Positions 1 to 12,364 of a DNA stretch of 64,000 bases are shown one piece after another. This stretch comes from Azolla caroliniana (lineage: Eukaryota > Plantae > Polypodiophyta). Location: contig JBHGNT010000005.1 of the NCBI GenBank assembly GCA_043228905.1, positions 18,290,001 to 18,354,000 on the forward strand, read 5' to 3'. Made by a program: the position numbers and the translations under genes. The stretch's first letter is position 1; each line of letters starts with the position of its first letter. The notes under the pieces were generated by a model. That model worked only from the letters and a program-made list of their open reading frames with translations, was not told the DNA's origin and searched no databases.

Positions 1-805
1 AGACTTGAATGTGTGGTCGGATCTTTATAAAATCATTAATGATGATTAATTAGATTATATTAGCTAGCCATGTTTATGATTAGTAACCCATAAAAAGACG
101 GTGCATGCATACAAGTTAAGAAAATGCCTCATATTTCACATTGCATGAAGGATTTTCATGTTCATGCTAATGTTAAAATTTAGGATTCAAGGCATATTAT
201 TGTGGTCATTATTGAGTCTAGTTTTGAGATATAGGGCATTCTGTGGACATGGTTGTGGGATTTAGAGCTATTATGGTTTTGGAGGAATATCAGGTTAAGA
301 GTGCACGAAAGGTTATCACATAGAACTAACTGGAGGAAACCAAGCATTTGTGGTGATATTACTTTTTGATCGTTCAATGCTGTTTTTCCTATCATTACAA
401 AGCAGAATTCACCATGTGCTGGATTTTCACCAAGTGCTAGAAATGTTATCAAGGGAAATAAAAGACCGTCGTGCAATATATTTGTGTTCAAAATGTGTGA
501 TATATCCATGTGCATAAAAACTTCATGATATATTGGAGGCAGCAAGAATAGAGTGGCCATGTACCATAACACAATGCACATAGATGATCCCATCAATACT
601 GTGTATAGAGATGGGAAAACATGCGAAATGGTGACTAAATAACATCACCAAAAAACTTTTCTTTATCTTTTAAAAATCAGTTGTGCATTTAGTTCTTGAA
701 AGCCAAAAAAATAGAACATAAGATTTGCACGGACGCACAAATCAGCTGGTAGTAAGAGAATGGGTAGTGCTAGCCTATTGTGGCTGTCGAACTGAAAATG
801 TTGCA

Positions 806-838
806 CATACACATACATACATACATACATGCATACAT
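806..838. repeat. (CATA)n microsatellite in the PRR 3' UTR region
   Basis: catacacatacatacatacatacatgcatacata. Confidence 0.8.
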
Positions 839-864
839 AGAGAAGTTGGGAGTTTAAACCTAAC

Positions 865-3800
865 CTAATCTGGCTTTGTGACCGAAAAATCATACACGGA
901 TTGTCTTACAAACTGACCTCGCACCCTTGGCCGTTGTTCTGCCAACCGCTTGCGGCTTTGGTACCGAACCTACAGATAACAAAATGACAGACCAAATCAA
1001 CAATAGGTTTTTTGTATTTTACCAACTAACAATAGGTATCTTTGGAAGCCTTTAAGCTACTCCCAAATCTCAAAGCATGACTTAATATTTGCCAAAGATC
1101 ACCTAGCCATTTGGGTAGTTTTATTCTACTAATCGAAGGGCCTTCTCTCTAGTCGGAACATAAAATGTGTATATTACCTTCTTCTCAAAACATCTCTCTT
1201 TCCGCTTTTGGCGAAACTTGGTCAAGGCAGCCTCTCTTGTGGCTGATCGGTTCGGATCAAGACAAGACTGAGGACCTGGTGCAGCAGATATGAGACACTT
1301 CTCTATCCCTTCGTCACTCCGATTGTTAGCTTGAATAATCATATGCTCTCCACAATCCAGAGGTGGCAATATAATAGTGCTTTGGCCATTACTATGGCCG
1401 TTACCCCCATTGTTACTTCCTGTGGCACTTCCATTGTTGTCATTGTTGCTGCTACCACTGTGCCCATTGTTTCCATTGTTTTCGTTGCTACTACCACTTT
1501 GCCCATTGTTTCCATTGTTGTTATTACTGCTACCACTTCGGCCATTGTTAGGACCCGGGACACTACTAGATGGTCCAGATTTAGGTGCACCTGATCCTGC
1601 ATTTGTAACAGTCTGGCTTTCGATCTGCAACATTTCAGACCTCTGCTGGGGTGTGTACTTATGATGGTAATGAAAATGATGTTGAACATGGTGGTGATGG
1701 TGATGCTTATGATGATGGGTATGGTAATGAATTTGTTGAGATCTTTCATGAGGATTTCCTTGGTCAAATGCTATATTATAGTCACCATCGCCCTCTACTC
1801 TTTCTATATCGGGCATGTGAACCATCGGTATCACCTGGTTCTTTGCATTGTCATGAAACTTTCCGGGAGACAAAGGTGCTTTATCTGTTTCTGATACATG
1901 TTGCGCAGGTGATGATTCGTTGTCACCTTTACAGGATGTAGTAATATCACCATCTTTCATTGAGGGGAGCATACTGTTATTATCTTCATTGTTACATAAA
2001 TGTGATCCATGGGAGAGGTAAGGCGGTGGCGGAGTAGAAAATTCTGATCCTTCCGTAGGCATAATTCTCTGCATTTGAGTTGATGCAGCAACAGAGGATT
2101 GGAAAGCCTGGGTTCCATGTCCAGAACCAGACTGAGGGACTCCATCTGATGACTTAATTGCATGGCATCCTGAGCTATTATTGTACCTAAGATCCAATGT
2201 TTTTGTTTAGCATTGTCGAGACCAAAGTTATTCAGAGAAACAGTTCAGAGTGATTTTGAACCTACTGCGCAGAAATACAAAAACTACCTTGAGAATGCAG
2301 ATGAGCATGAATGTCGCAAGCCAGGGATTCGTCCTTCCCTATCTCTCTTTTCTTCAATGTTGATGGAGCTTGGATGGTTAAACATAAGCTCCATTGTAGA
2401 CGGCGAGCTCGAATCTGATACAAATTTCTCCTTGGAACTTGGAGAGTTACTTGCGTGGTTTTCCAGCAGCACATCAACATCAGCACTCTCTCCCTGTTGC
2501 TCTTCACCATTGCCATTGCTTTTACGAGCGAGATCCATGGCCTTAATTGAACCATCTTGTGTGCTTCCAGCATCATCCTCCAATGGCATTGCTTTATCAC
2601 AGCCTATAGCAGCAACTCTCCCAGTGGTTCCTCGTTCTTCATCACAAGAGAAATTAGGCTCCGTTTTAACCAGCATCAATGATGATTTATCAAGAACATT
2701 ACCCGAAGCATGATCCAATGTATCTTCACGCAATACACATAAGAGAACAATCAGACACATGGTAAACTGAGAAAGCACCATAAGCATGAAAGATTCAAAA
2801 CATGATTTTACCTCGACCAATCCTTTCCAACTGTGATGAGCATCCTTTCTCATATTGTACCATGCCAGATGTAGGCTGGAGAAATGCTCCAAATGTCGTG
2901 TGTTGAGAGCTTTCGACTTCAACGGCTCGTTTGGTCCATGAACCCTGAAGCTATGAAATTTCCCCATAAACCTTTTGTGAATAAATGCAGCCTTCTCTGA
3001 ACAATAACTAGAATAATTAAGACATGCAACTAACCTGAGTTCCACTCCCATTATCACTTCCACCTCTCCGATTTATTTCACTGCTGGTGTTGTCATTATC
3101 AGTGCTTCCATTAGAATTATCATCATTGGCAATGGGACGATGATGACTAGTTTTCTGAGTTCGGCTGCCACTGCCACAATCACTACCACTGGACTGCATA
3201 CAAACAAACATATCTCCCACAAACATTAACACCGTTATATTCCCATCATTAATGAGAACAGGTCAAGAAGTTCTTGGTAATCTTTCAGTAACTTATACAA
3301 TTAAAGGGAGAAAGTCCAGAATAGAAAGCTAAAAGAGAAATTCCATCAGGAAAATGCAAAGATACACATGCATAAATATGAGATAGAGAGGACACGAATG
3401 AACATTCAGTAAGCAAATATAACATTCTGTTCTGTCAAAGTTCTAGTAAACATCGATAATTTCTTAATTGGAGTTATCAAATTTGTTTACCGATAACTGA
3501 GGTGGCAAAAAGAACTTACACTGCGACATCTTCTCCACACATGTTGCCACAAGTTCTTTAGCTCATTCTTTCTGACAGGTTTAACCAAGAAGTCTACGGC
3601 TCCCTTGGATAAACACTTAAAAACAATTCCCATGGAATCATGTGAAGACATCACTGGAGTGCAGACAAAAGGAAAAAAGAAGAAACAGCCAGTGTTATAT
3701 TATAACAAAAGAATGAACAAAAGAACTTTTCTAATGAGTGACAACTGACAAAGAGATAACAAAGTAAAAACTTACTGACAACAGGGATATGTTTAAGAGT

Positions 3801-5342
3801 TTCTCGAGCCATTATCCTTGAGAGGAGACCGATGCCAGAGAGGCCCGGCATTACAACCTCTGTTAAGACTATGTCAAATTGGCATGTTTGCGCCACCAAT
3901 AGACCCCATGCTAACAAACCAGAAGCCGCCGATGTCACTGCAAATGCGCGCAAGAATTAGTAACTAATTTGTATGCAGATATAACATTGCATTAATTCTT
4001 ACTACACAATACTTCACTGTATGTACTTCTTGCTACACCATGCCATTGTGCATGATATGTAAATACTTCTTTCTATTCCTAATTCATTAGTGTTAAGATC
4101 ATGTTATAATCAAAACCTAAACCATAAATAAATCTTGCGAAAAAACCGTAGTATTAATGACTCGAGAACTTTTTAAATTATTCCTGAAAAGAACAATTCA
4201 CTATGCTACTCATGCATTGACTACTTAGAAGGGAAACTCGATGACATCAAGCGTACTTGATATATTCAATCCAGAAAGAGAAATTCAATGGCATCAAGTA
4301 CTTGTTAGATTCTTTGCAACGAGAGAAATTGTATGGCAATCTGAGAGAGAATTTTCTTCTCAAATAGGGGTGCATTCTATAATGTCAGTCCATCAAGTAG
4401 TTGTTGTGAGGACCGACTATAACAATCACCTAAAAACATAGAGACAGAGCGATCTCATAGAAAGGTTGGTTATTAGATAGCAAATTCTTAAAACGTGTCA
4501 AAAACAATCACTTAGAAGGAGAAATTGCTAGTGCAAAAGAACAAAGAAAATAGTAGGGTAAGGGAACGAAGTAACTGACCTTCGTAACTACAATTCCGCA
4601 AGAGAGCAGTGACAACGTGTCGGGTCGAATCGTCGTCCTCTACTAGCAAAACCCGGAGTTGGTATTGTGGAAGGAAACGCTCCCATCGTATCGCGGGAAG
4701 GGTGCGAGCCGTTGCAGCATTAACTTGCCTCTTTTGCTGGTTTTGGAGAAACCACGCTTGTCGAGAAACTACCTCTTGCAATGAACGACCCCTATTTGAT
4801 CTCTCCATAGCCCCTTCAGCCAGGGAACAGGCCCGATTCGATTTCTCCATCACCCCTTCTGCCAACAAGCAGCCCCGATTTGATACCATTTCATCTAACC
4901 TACCCGGCAAGGCAAAACCACCCATGTCTTCCTGCCCATCTATATAAATCCGACCGCCCTGAGAAGCCACCTTTTGCAGCGATTGGGTCAGGTTCGAGTC
5001 CTCTATGGCCCCTTCCACGAGAACCATCTGATCTAATCTAGATGCAGGGTCAGCAGTGGCAAAACAACCTGGTTTGATGGAGTCATTCCCATCATCATCT
5101 CCTCCATTTACACAATCCCTGCTTCTCGGGTCCTCATTTTTCTCATGTCCCTTACCCTTACCAACGCATATGTGATTCTCACGGTTAATTTCTTCCTTAT
5201 TGGGAACCCTAACCCTGAACCGGCCGGAAATTTGCGGCTTCTGTTCTGAATCTTCATCTGCTAGTGCGGTGGCCGAGCGAGTCTTAGGACCTGCGGGGGG
5301 CGGTGAAGGAGATGCAGGGGATGGAGAAGCCCGTGTTTTCAT
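865..5342 (-). CDS. PRR7: Pseudo-response regulator, PRR3/PRR7-like circadian clock protein; 8 exons: 5342-4580, 3937-3776, 3653-3520, 3193-3035, 2944-2812, 2723-2288, 2186-1178, 969-865 (2901 nt, ~966 aa)
   Basis: All introns GT..AG with consistent phases. Pseudo-receiver motifs [16 protein letters not shown] / [10 protein letters not shown] / MMSSHDS / [20 protein letters not shown]; PRR7-type [12 protein letters not shown] and LRHS..SAFSRY boxes; CCT domain [20 protein letters not shown]|[23 protein letters not shown]; stop TAG at 867-865. The start codon and the exon-6 AAG acceptor are least certain. Confidence 0.92.
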
Positions 5343-5343
5343 C

Positions 5344-5372
5344 AGAAGAAGAAGAAGAAGAAGAAGAAGAAG
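5344..5372. repeat. (AGA)n microsatellite abutting the PRR start codon (TCT repeat in the 5' UTR)
   Basis: About 10 AGA units; a second AAG-rich run at 5443-5472. Confidence 0.85.
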
Positions 5373-5537
5373 AGAAGGAAGTGCGAGGAGTTAGCTGTTT
5401 TGGGAGTGTCGCAGAGATGAGGAAGAAGCCATGAAAGCTACGAAGAAGAAGAAGAAGAAAAAGAAGAAGAAGACAGAGCAGAGACAGAAACTTTCCTCTC
5501 TATCTTCTTCGTGGCGAGAAGGGGGGAAGGAAGGGAT

Positions 5538-5683
5538 GACGTGGCCGCCACGTCGGAGAGGGAGGGGGAGGCTGATTGGCGGGGAGGCTGACGTGGCGCC
5601 AGCGTGGCAGATGAGATCTTCCAGGGAGGAGCCTCGGGGGGCGTGGCCCAAATCCAAAGCCGCTCCCCCAGACCCTCCACGTC
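5538..5683. promoter_or_regulatory. Cluster of G-box/ABRE-like motifs plus CCAAT box upstream of the PRR gene
   Basis: GACGTGGC 5538-5545, GCCACGTC 5547-5554, GCTGACGTGGC 5587-5597, GCGTGGC 5602-5608 and 5641-5647, CCACGTC 5677-5683; GCTGATTGGC (GCCAATCAGC on the gene strand) 5571-5580. Confidence 0.7.
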
Positions 5684-5686
5684 AGC

Positions 5687-5695
5687 AGATATTTT
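5687..5695 (-). promoter_or_regulatory. Evening Element AAAATATCT (CCA1/LHY/RVE site)
   Basis: AGATATTTT on + strand is a perfect 9-mer EE, ~345 bp upstream of the ATG of a clock gene. Confidence 0.75.
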
Positions 5696-6066
5696 CTCTC
5701 TCTCTCTTCTCATATATTAATATGATTTATTATGAGTATTGTTTCGCATATTTACATATATGTCCCTTCCTTCCTTCCTTCCTTCGCTATAACATATTTA
5801 CATATGTATCCTTTTTCCGTCCGTGTTTTTTTAATTGCACATGCAAAAGGAGCCTCTCTCTTCTCTTCTCTTTCTTCCTTTTTCTTCTTCTTTTGGTTCA
5901 CACACTCAATGTTTATGCTCTCTTGCTCGTCTCTAATCTCCTTCGGCTCGCTTGCCATTAGAGATGGAATTTCTCTTCCTCTCTTTCTGGTTTGCTTACC
6001 CGGCCCTCGAGCCACCGCCACCGCCAATGCCTCGCCTCCTTCATTTGCTTGCTGTCACTACATATG

Positions 6067-6068
<2 letters not shown>

Positions 6069-6100
<32 letters not shown>
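6069..6100. repeat. (CT)n microsatellite
   Basis: About 16 CT units. Confidence 0.9.
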
Positions 6101-6104
<4 letters not shown>

Positions 6105-9100
6105 GCTTGCCTGGCCCTCGAGACTCTGTTCTCTGCTAATCAGTCGTCTCCATTGGAGTTGCTCCCCTCCCCCCCCTATTCACTTGACAATGCCAAAATT
6201 TTGTCTCATTGTCTTTTTTACCCCAATTGCTGACAATTTATACATCACATGAATTTGTTACTTTATCAATGTTTTATACTCCAAATCTCATAAATCAATT
6301 TTAAAAAGAAAAAGGGTTTTGTGAATTGAGATAAGGTACATAAATTTGAACCTTGGTGCAAATTGTAAACCCCCCCCCCCCCCCCCAAAATAAATAAATA
6401 AATAAATAAAATGCAATGTGGATGTCGTAGAGAAAATAGAAATAAATAAAATCATTTGTGCCAGAGAAAATATATGAGCCTTGTTATATATTGCTTTCTT
6501 GTGTTCATTGTTGAGGCTCAAGAGAATTAACATTGTAATTGGTTCAAACTTATAGTCAATATGGCACAAAAACATTGGTCGTGGAAAATGTTGTATTGAA
6601 ATTAAAAAAATAATAGTTGCTTGCCCATGATTGGGTGTGGACAATTTCACACCCATAAAATAATAAGTTATTACATTCAGGAGCTATGCAACTAGGTATC
6701 TTCATCTTGTAAACATGTATATTGATTTTACCTTTTTCCTCTAGTTGGAGATGTGAATTACCAATATTAATACCTAGCCTATTCAACTTGGACATGTTAC
6801 AAGGCACAAGTTATACATACTTGGAACATAGAGACAATATATAGTGGCTTGTTCCCTCTAGCGTCTCATACCAACAACCATATCACGTTAGTGTTATGCA
6901 ACATGACCTCAGAGACAAAAAGTTCAAGGGCAATGATCACACAAGTTGTTTGCAAAATGATGGAAACAATACATGAGGGTTTCCTACAACTCAATTTACA
7001 ACTTCATAACAAGGCACTAATGGAACTAGTTTTTTTTGGAAAAAAAAAACAAGGCACTAATTCTTGAAAGGACAAACGAAAGACAATCACCATCAATTGG
7101 CTATTTGGAGAAGCGGGATTACCATGATAAAGGTGTTGTACCAAGAGAGTGTATTAAAATACTCATTCTATATGAGGGGAACATGGAAAGCAAGGAATTT
7201 TAAGAGACGCCCATTGAGGAATTACATGACATTAACACGGCCAAGTAATGACACACACTAAGGGATAATACATCATTGATATATGGCCAAGGATGTTACT
7301 TAGAAGTTGTGGTGGTGTAATGTGAGAGGTACGATTAAGAATCTAAGTCAAGTCTATTACAATATTATTTGATTAAGCATTGGTGTAGGTTTACATTTAC
7401 AGTCATTAAGAGAGTTTGTTAACATAAGTTAGATAGTTAGCAGTACACATGAAGGTGGATTGACACCCACTCTTTGCCCACTTTTCTAGCAAAAAGGGTG
7501 CATGTTTACTTGTTCTCGATAACAATCCAACCTAGAAAAGAACCGTTAATGAGAAAATCACTCTACATTTGGTGTTGCTATCGAGGATGAAGGCATTTAT
7601 GCACTTTGTGTAAGTTACATTGTTGTAATGCTTTTGACAAATAGTGTGAAACCACCTTTGGATAGGAAATAAAATAACAATACAAATAAGCTAGACGTGC
7701 CAGGCAAGATTTGAACCTTGCACCTTCAAGGAATAACAATTGTATTTATGAATAAGGAAGCTACTATTGAGTCTTTTAGTTTTTATAGATACACTTTACA
7801 TATTCAACAAAACCACGTGCACGAAAACCATAGTTTCAAGCCCATGGTTTTGTGCATAAAACAAAGCCAATGGTTTTGTTAAAGTAACCATAGTTATCCT
7901 CAAAGTAACCATGGTTTACATGGATTTGAGGTACTATATAAGACCCTAGTGTTGGGAATTAGGTCCCTTTCGGATGTGCCGAATTCAAGATAAAGGAAAA
8001 TGCTACACCCGGTCGGAAACCAGATGAAGTCTGGATGAGTATCCGGAAAATGTAAATAGGTTTTGAGTCAAGCCTATTTAGGCTAGTTATGTAAATGGTT
8101 GTTGAGCGGACAAGCTCAACCGGATCCAGATCGGCTGAATAAGCCGGAGCCGAATTGGTATCTGGAACAGAGAACTGGATCAGTGTCCGGAACTAAGAGC
8201 CGGATTGGTGAGACGGATCGGATTGTAACCGGTAGGCCGTCAGAGGCCTACAATCCTAGCCTAGTACGTAGGCATATTCCTTGGAGTTAGGGTCAGTCGT
8301 TTGTATGAGAATTGAAGTATTTGTCAGTCCTTTTAAGGACTTGTATAAAAAGTGTTCAATAGGACATGTGTATGTACAGAGTGATATTTTGAATTTGAGT
8401 TTATGTTGTTCTACTCTCTCTCCATCTCTCTTGTGTACTCTCTGTGTGGTTTGAAGCTTCCATTAAACTTGTGTATATTTCTTGTTAACATCCAATGAAG
8501 TCGGTTAGGTCTTCAAGCTTCCACATGTAATTCTTTTCATGATATCAAAGTGTGAGGGTTGTGAATCCTCTACTGCTGACAAAAGGCCTAACTTCAGAAA
8601 AAGAGAACGGATCGAAGAAAGAATGGACAGAGGGATGGCAAGCTCACTTCTGACGGAGAAGCTCGACAAAAGAAATTATGCATCTTGGTCTTACAAGATG
8701 CACCAGTACCTGCTCAGACACGATTACTAGAGCTATGTCGATGGAGCGAATGAAGTGGCACCGAATACGACACAAGGACTTCCCGGCATGGGAGCAAGGA
8801 ACGAGCAAAGTGTTGTATTACCTCGCGTCCTGTGTGCACAACTAGATGCTCGGCTACATCAGAGACGCAAAGTCGCTGAACGAGGCCTAGGAAAATCTCT
8901 GGAAAATTTTCGCCACAAGTACCACAGCTCGAAAGTTGCAGCTTTGGCAAGAGCTCAATAGTATCCGGCAACGGGACATGACGGTTACCGACTACACCAC
9001 CAAGATCAAGGAGATTTGTGATGCGCTAGGGTTCATCAACATGACGGTGGACGAAGATGAGACAGTCCAGATCTGCCTCCATGATCTACCACAAACGTCG

Positions 9101-9123
9101 ATTTGCACCCGGGAAAGCCACCG

Positions 9124-12100
9124 TCCTTCTTCGACCTTCAATTGATGCTGATGGTCGAAGAAAACCACACGAGTGGGTCGAGGACCACTCAATCAAACAA
9201 CTTGATAGTGTACACGGAGGTGGGTCGGCATGCAATAGCAGCAGTTGCCAAGAGCAAAACCAGAGGAATAGAGATGGTGCCGACAACAGTTCCAGGCCCT
9301 CCAAAAGTAGGGGAGTCAAAACGGTGCTAGAAACCAGTAAGGGAAGGCCGACACAGAATGCTGGTATTGTGGCAAGAAAAGCCACTAGGAGAGCGAATGC
9401 TGGAAAAAGTGCGCCGATTCGGATAAATCCGGATCTGGCAAGACCGGACAAGGGAACCCGCAAAGTTCACACTACGTTGAAGGATCGGAAGGATCCAAGA
9501 CCGGAAAGACTGAAAAAGGGCAGCTAGCCTTTGTGATGAAACACAAGGAGAATTCGATGAAGAAGACCACTCTCGGATCGGAGGCGGTGTGGTGCGTTGA
9601 CTCCGGAGCGTCTAACCACATGATGAGCCACGGAGGGTGATTCTTGTTTTTGGAAAAGCCGGAGCAACCAGGAGTTGTCGAGATTGGAGACGACACTCCT
9701 CACCCGATCCTGCATGTTGGAGAAGTTCCCTTGAGTCATGTCCGACAAAAAGGAAACCTTATGAATGTGCTTCATGTCCCGACAATCACAAAGAACCTGG
9801 TGTTGGTCGGGCAGATCGTCGACTAGGGGATGTAGGTGTGGTTTACGCACCTTAGGTGCTTTATCGAGGAAGAGGAACAAGTCATCGCACAAGGGCGCCG
9901 GGTAGGGAGGATGTTCATCCTCGACACCAACGACGTTGGCACCGCTTTATTTGCAAAGGGTGAAAAGGTTGACTCGGATATCGACTTATGGCACAAGAGG
10001 ATCAGCCACGTCAACTATCAGAGGCTTCAAGAGCTGCAATCAAAATAGGTTGTTTTTGGATTGCTCAAATTTCGTGGCCAGAAAGCCCAAAATTGTGAAG
10101 CATGCCAGTTCAGGAAGCAACACCGGCTTCATTCCCCACCGTAAGAAACCGGAGCCTTAACAAGCTCGACTTGATACATTTAGATGTTTGGGGATGGGCA
10201 CAGAACGTTAGTCTTGGTGGGAGCCGATATTTCATCTCCTTCATCGATGACTACAGCCGACACATGTGGATCTATCTCATTGCGAAAAAAAGCGAAGTCT
10301 TCGACTGTTTCCAGAACCTACAAAGTCTTGTCGAACATGAAACTCTTTCTTTGACCTGCAATCGATGTTGATGGTCGAAGAAAACCACACGAGTGGGTCG
10401 AGGACCACTCAATCAGACAACTGGATACTGTACACGGAGGTGGGTCGGCATGCAATAGCAGCAGTTGCCAGGAGCAAAACCAGAGGAACAGAGATGGTGC
10501 CAACAGCAGTTCCAGGCCCTCCACAAGTAGGGGAGTCAAAACGGCGCTAGAAACCGGTAAGGGAAGGCCGACACAGAGTGTTGGTATTGTGGCAAGAAAG
10601 GCCACCGGGAGAGCGAGTGCTGGAAGAAGTGCGCCGATTCGGATAAATCCGGATCTGGCAAGACCGGACAAGGGAACCCTCAAAGTTCACACTACGTTGA
10701 AGGATCGGACAGATCCAAGACCGGAAAGACTGAAAAAGGGCAGCTAGCCTTTGTGATGAAACACAAGGAGAACTCGATGAAGAAGACCACTTTCGGATCG
10801 GAGGCGGTGTGATGCGTTGACTCCGGAGCGTCTAACCACATGACGAGCCACGGAGGGTGATTCTCGTTTTTGGAAAAGCCGGAGCAACCGGGAGTTGTCG
10901 AGACTAGAGATGACATTCCTCACCCGATCTTGCATGTTGGAGAAGTTCCCTTGAGTCATGTCCGACAAAAAGGAAACCTTATGAATGTGCTTCATGTCCC
11001 GACAATCACAAAGAACCTGTTGTCGGTCGGGCAGATCGTCGACTACGGGATGTAGGTGTGGTTTACACAGCTCAGGTGCTTCATCGAGGAAGAGGAACAA
11101 GTCATCGCGCAAGGGCGCCGAGTAGGGAGGATGTTCATCCTCGACACCAACGATGTTGGCACCACTTTATTTGCAAAGGGTGAAAAGGTTGACTCGGATA
11201 TCGACTTATGGCACAAGAGGATCAGCCACGTCAACTATCAGAGGCTTCAAGAGCTGCAATCAAAACAGGTTGTTTTTGGATTGCTCAAATTTCGTGGCCA
11301 GAAAGCCCAAAATTGTGAAGCATGCCAGTTCAGGAAGCAACACCGGCTTCATTCCCCACCGTAAGAAACCGGAGCCTTAACAAGTTCGACTTGATACATT
11401 TAGATGTTTGGGGATGGGCACAGAACGTTAGTCTTGGTGGGAGCCGATATTTCATCTTCTTCATCGATGACTACAGCCGACACATGTGGATCTATCTCAT
11501 TGAGAAAAAAAGTGAAGTCTTCGACTGTTTCCGGAACCTACAAAGTCTTGTCGAACAGGAAACTCTTTCTTTGACCTGCAATCGATGTTGATGGTCGAAG
11601 AAAACCACACGAGTGGGTCGAGGACCACTCAATCAGACAACTGGATACTGTACACGGAGGTGGGTCGGCATGCAATAGCAGCAGTTGCCAGGAGCAAAAC
11701 CAGAGGAACAGAGATGGTGCCAACAACAGTTCCAGGCCCTCCACAAGTAGGGGAGTCAAAACGGCGCTAGAAACCGGTAAGGGAAGGCCGACACAGAATG
11801 TTGGTATTGTGGCAAGAAAGGCCACCGGGAGAGCGAGTGCTGGAAGAAGTGCGCCGATTCGGATAAATCCGGATCTGGCAAGACCGGACAAGGGAACCTG
11901 CAAAGTTCACACTACGCTGAAGGATCGGAAGGATCCAAGACCGGAAAGACTGAAAAAGGGCAGCTAGCCTTTGTGATGAAACACAAGTAGAACTCGATGA
12001 AGAAGACCACTTTCGGATCGGAGGCAGTGTGGTGCGTTGACTCCGGAGCGTCTAACCACATGACGAGCCACGGAGGGTGATTCTCGTTTTTGGAAAAGCC

Positions 12101-12364
12101 GAAGCAACCGGGAGTTGTCGAGACTGGAGATGACACTCCTCACCCGATCCTGCATGTTGGAGAAGTTCCCTTGAGTCATGTCTGACAAAAAGGAAACCTT
12201 ATGAATGTTTGGGGACGGGCACAGAATGTTAGTCTTGGTGGGAGCCGATATTTCATCTTCTTCATCGATGACTACAGCCGACACATGTGGATCTATCTTA
12301 TTGAGAAAAAAAGCGAAGTCTTCAACTGTTTCCGGAACCTACAAAGTCTTGTCGAACAGGAAAC
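9124..12364 (+). repeat. Tandem triplication of a 1220-bp gag/PR/INT segment within copia A (9124-10343, 10344-11563, 11564-12364 with a ~419-bp deletion)
   Basis: Landmarks recur at an exact 1220-bp period (atggtcgaag at 9151, 10371, 11591); the same junction gaaac|tctttctttgacc occurs twice. Confidence 0.93.

Noticed and set aside
2284-3063. Single 259-aa ORF as a separate gene
   Set aside because: Explained by PRR exons 4-6 plus read-through of introns
5391-6252. ORFs upstream of the PRR gene (e.g. 5431-5961)
   Set aside because: Products of microsatellite and low-complexity promoter DNA; no recognisable domains
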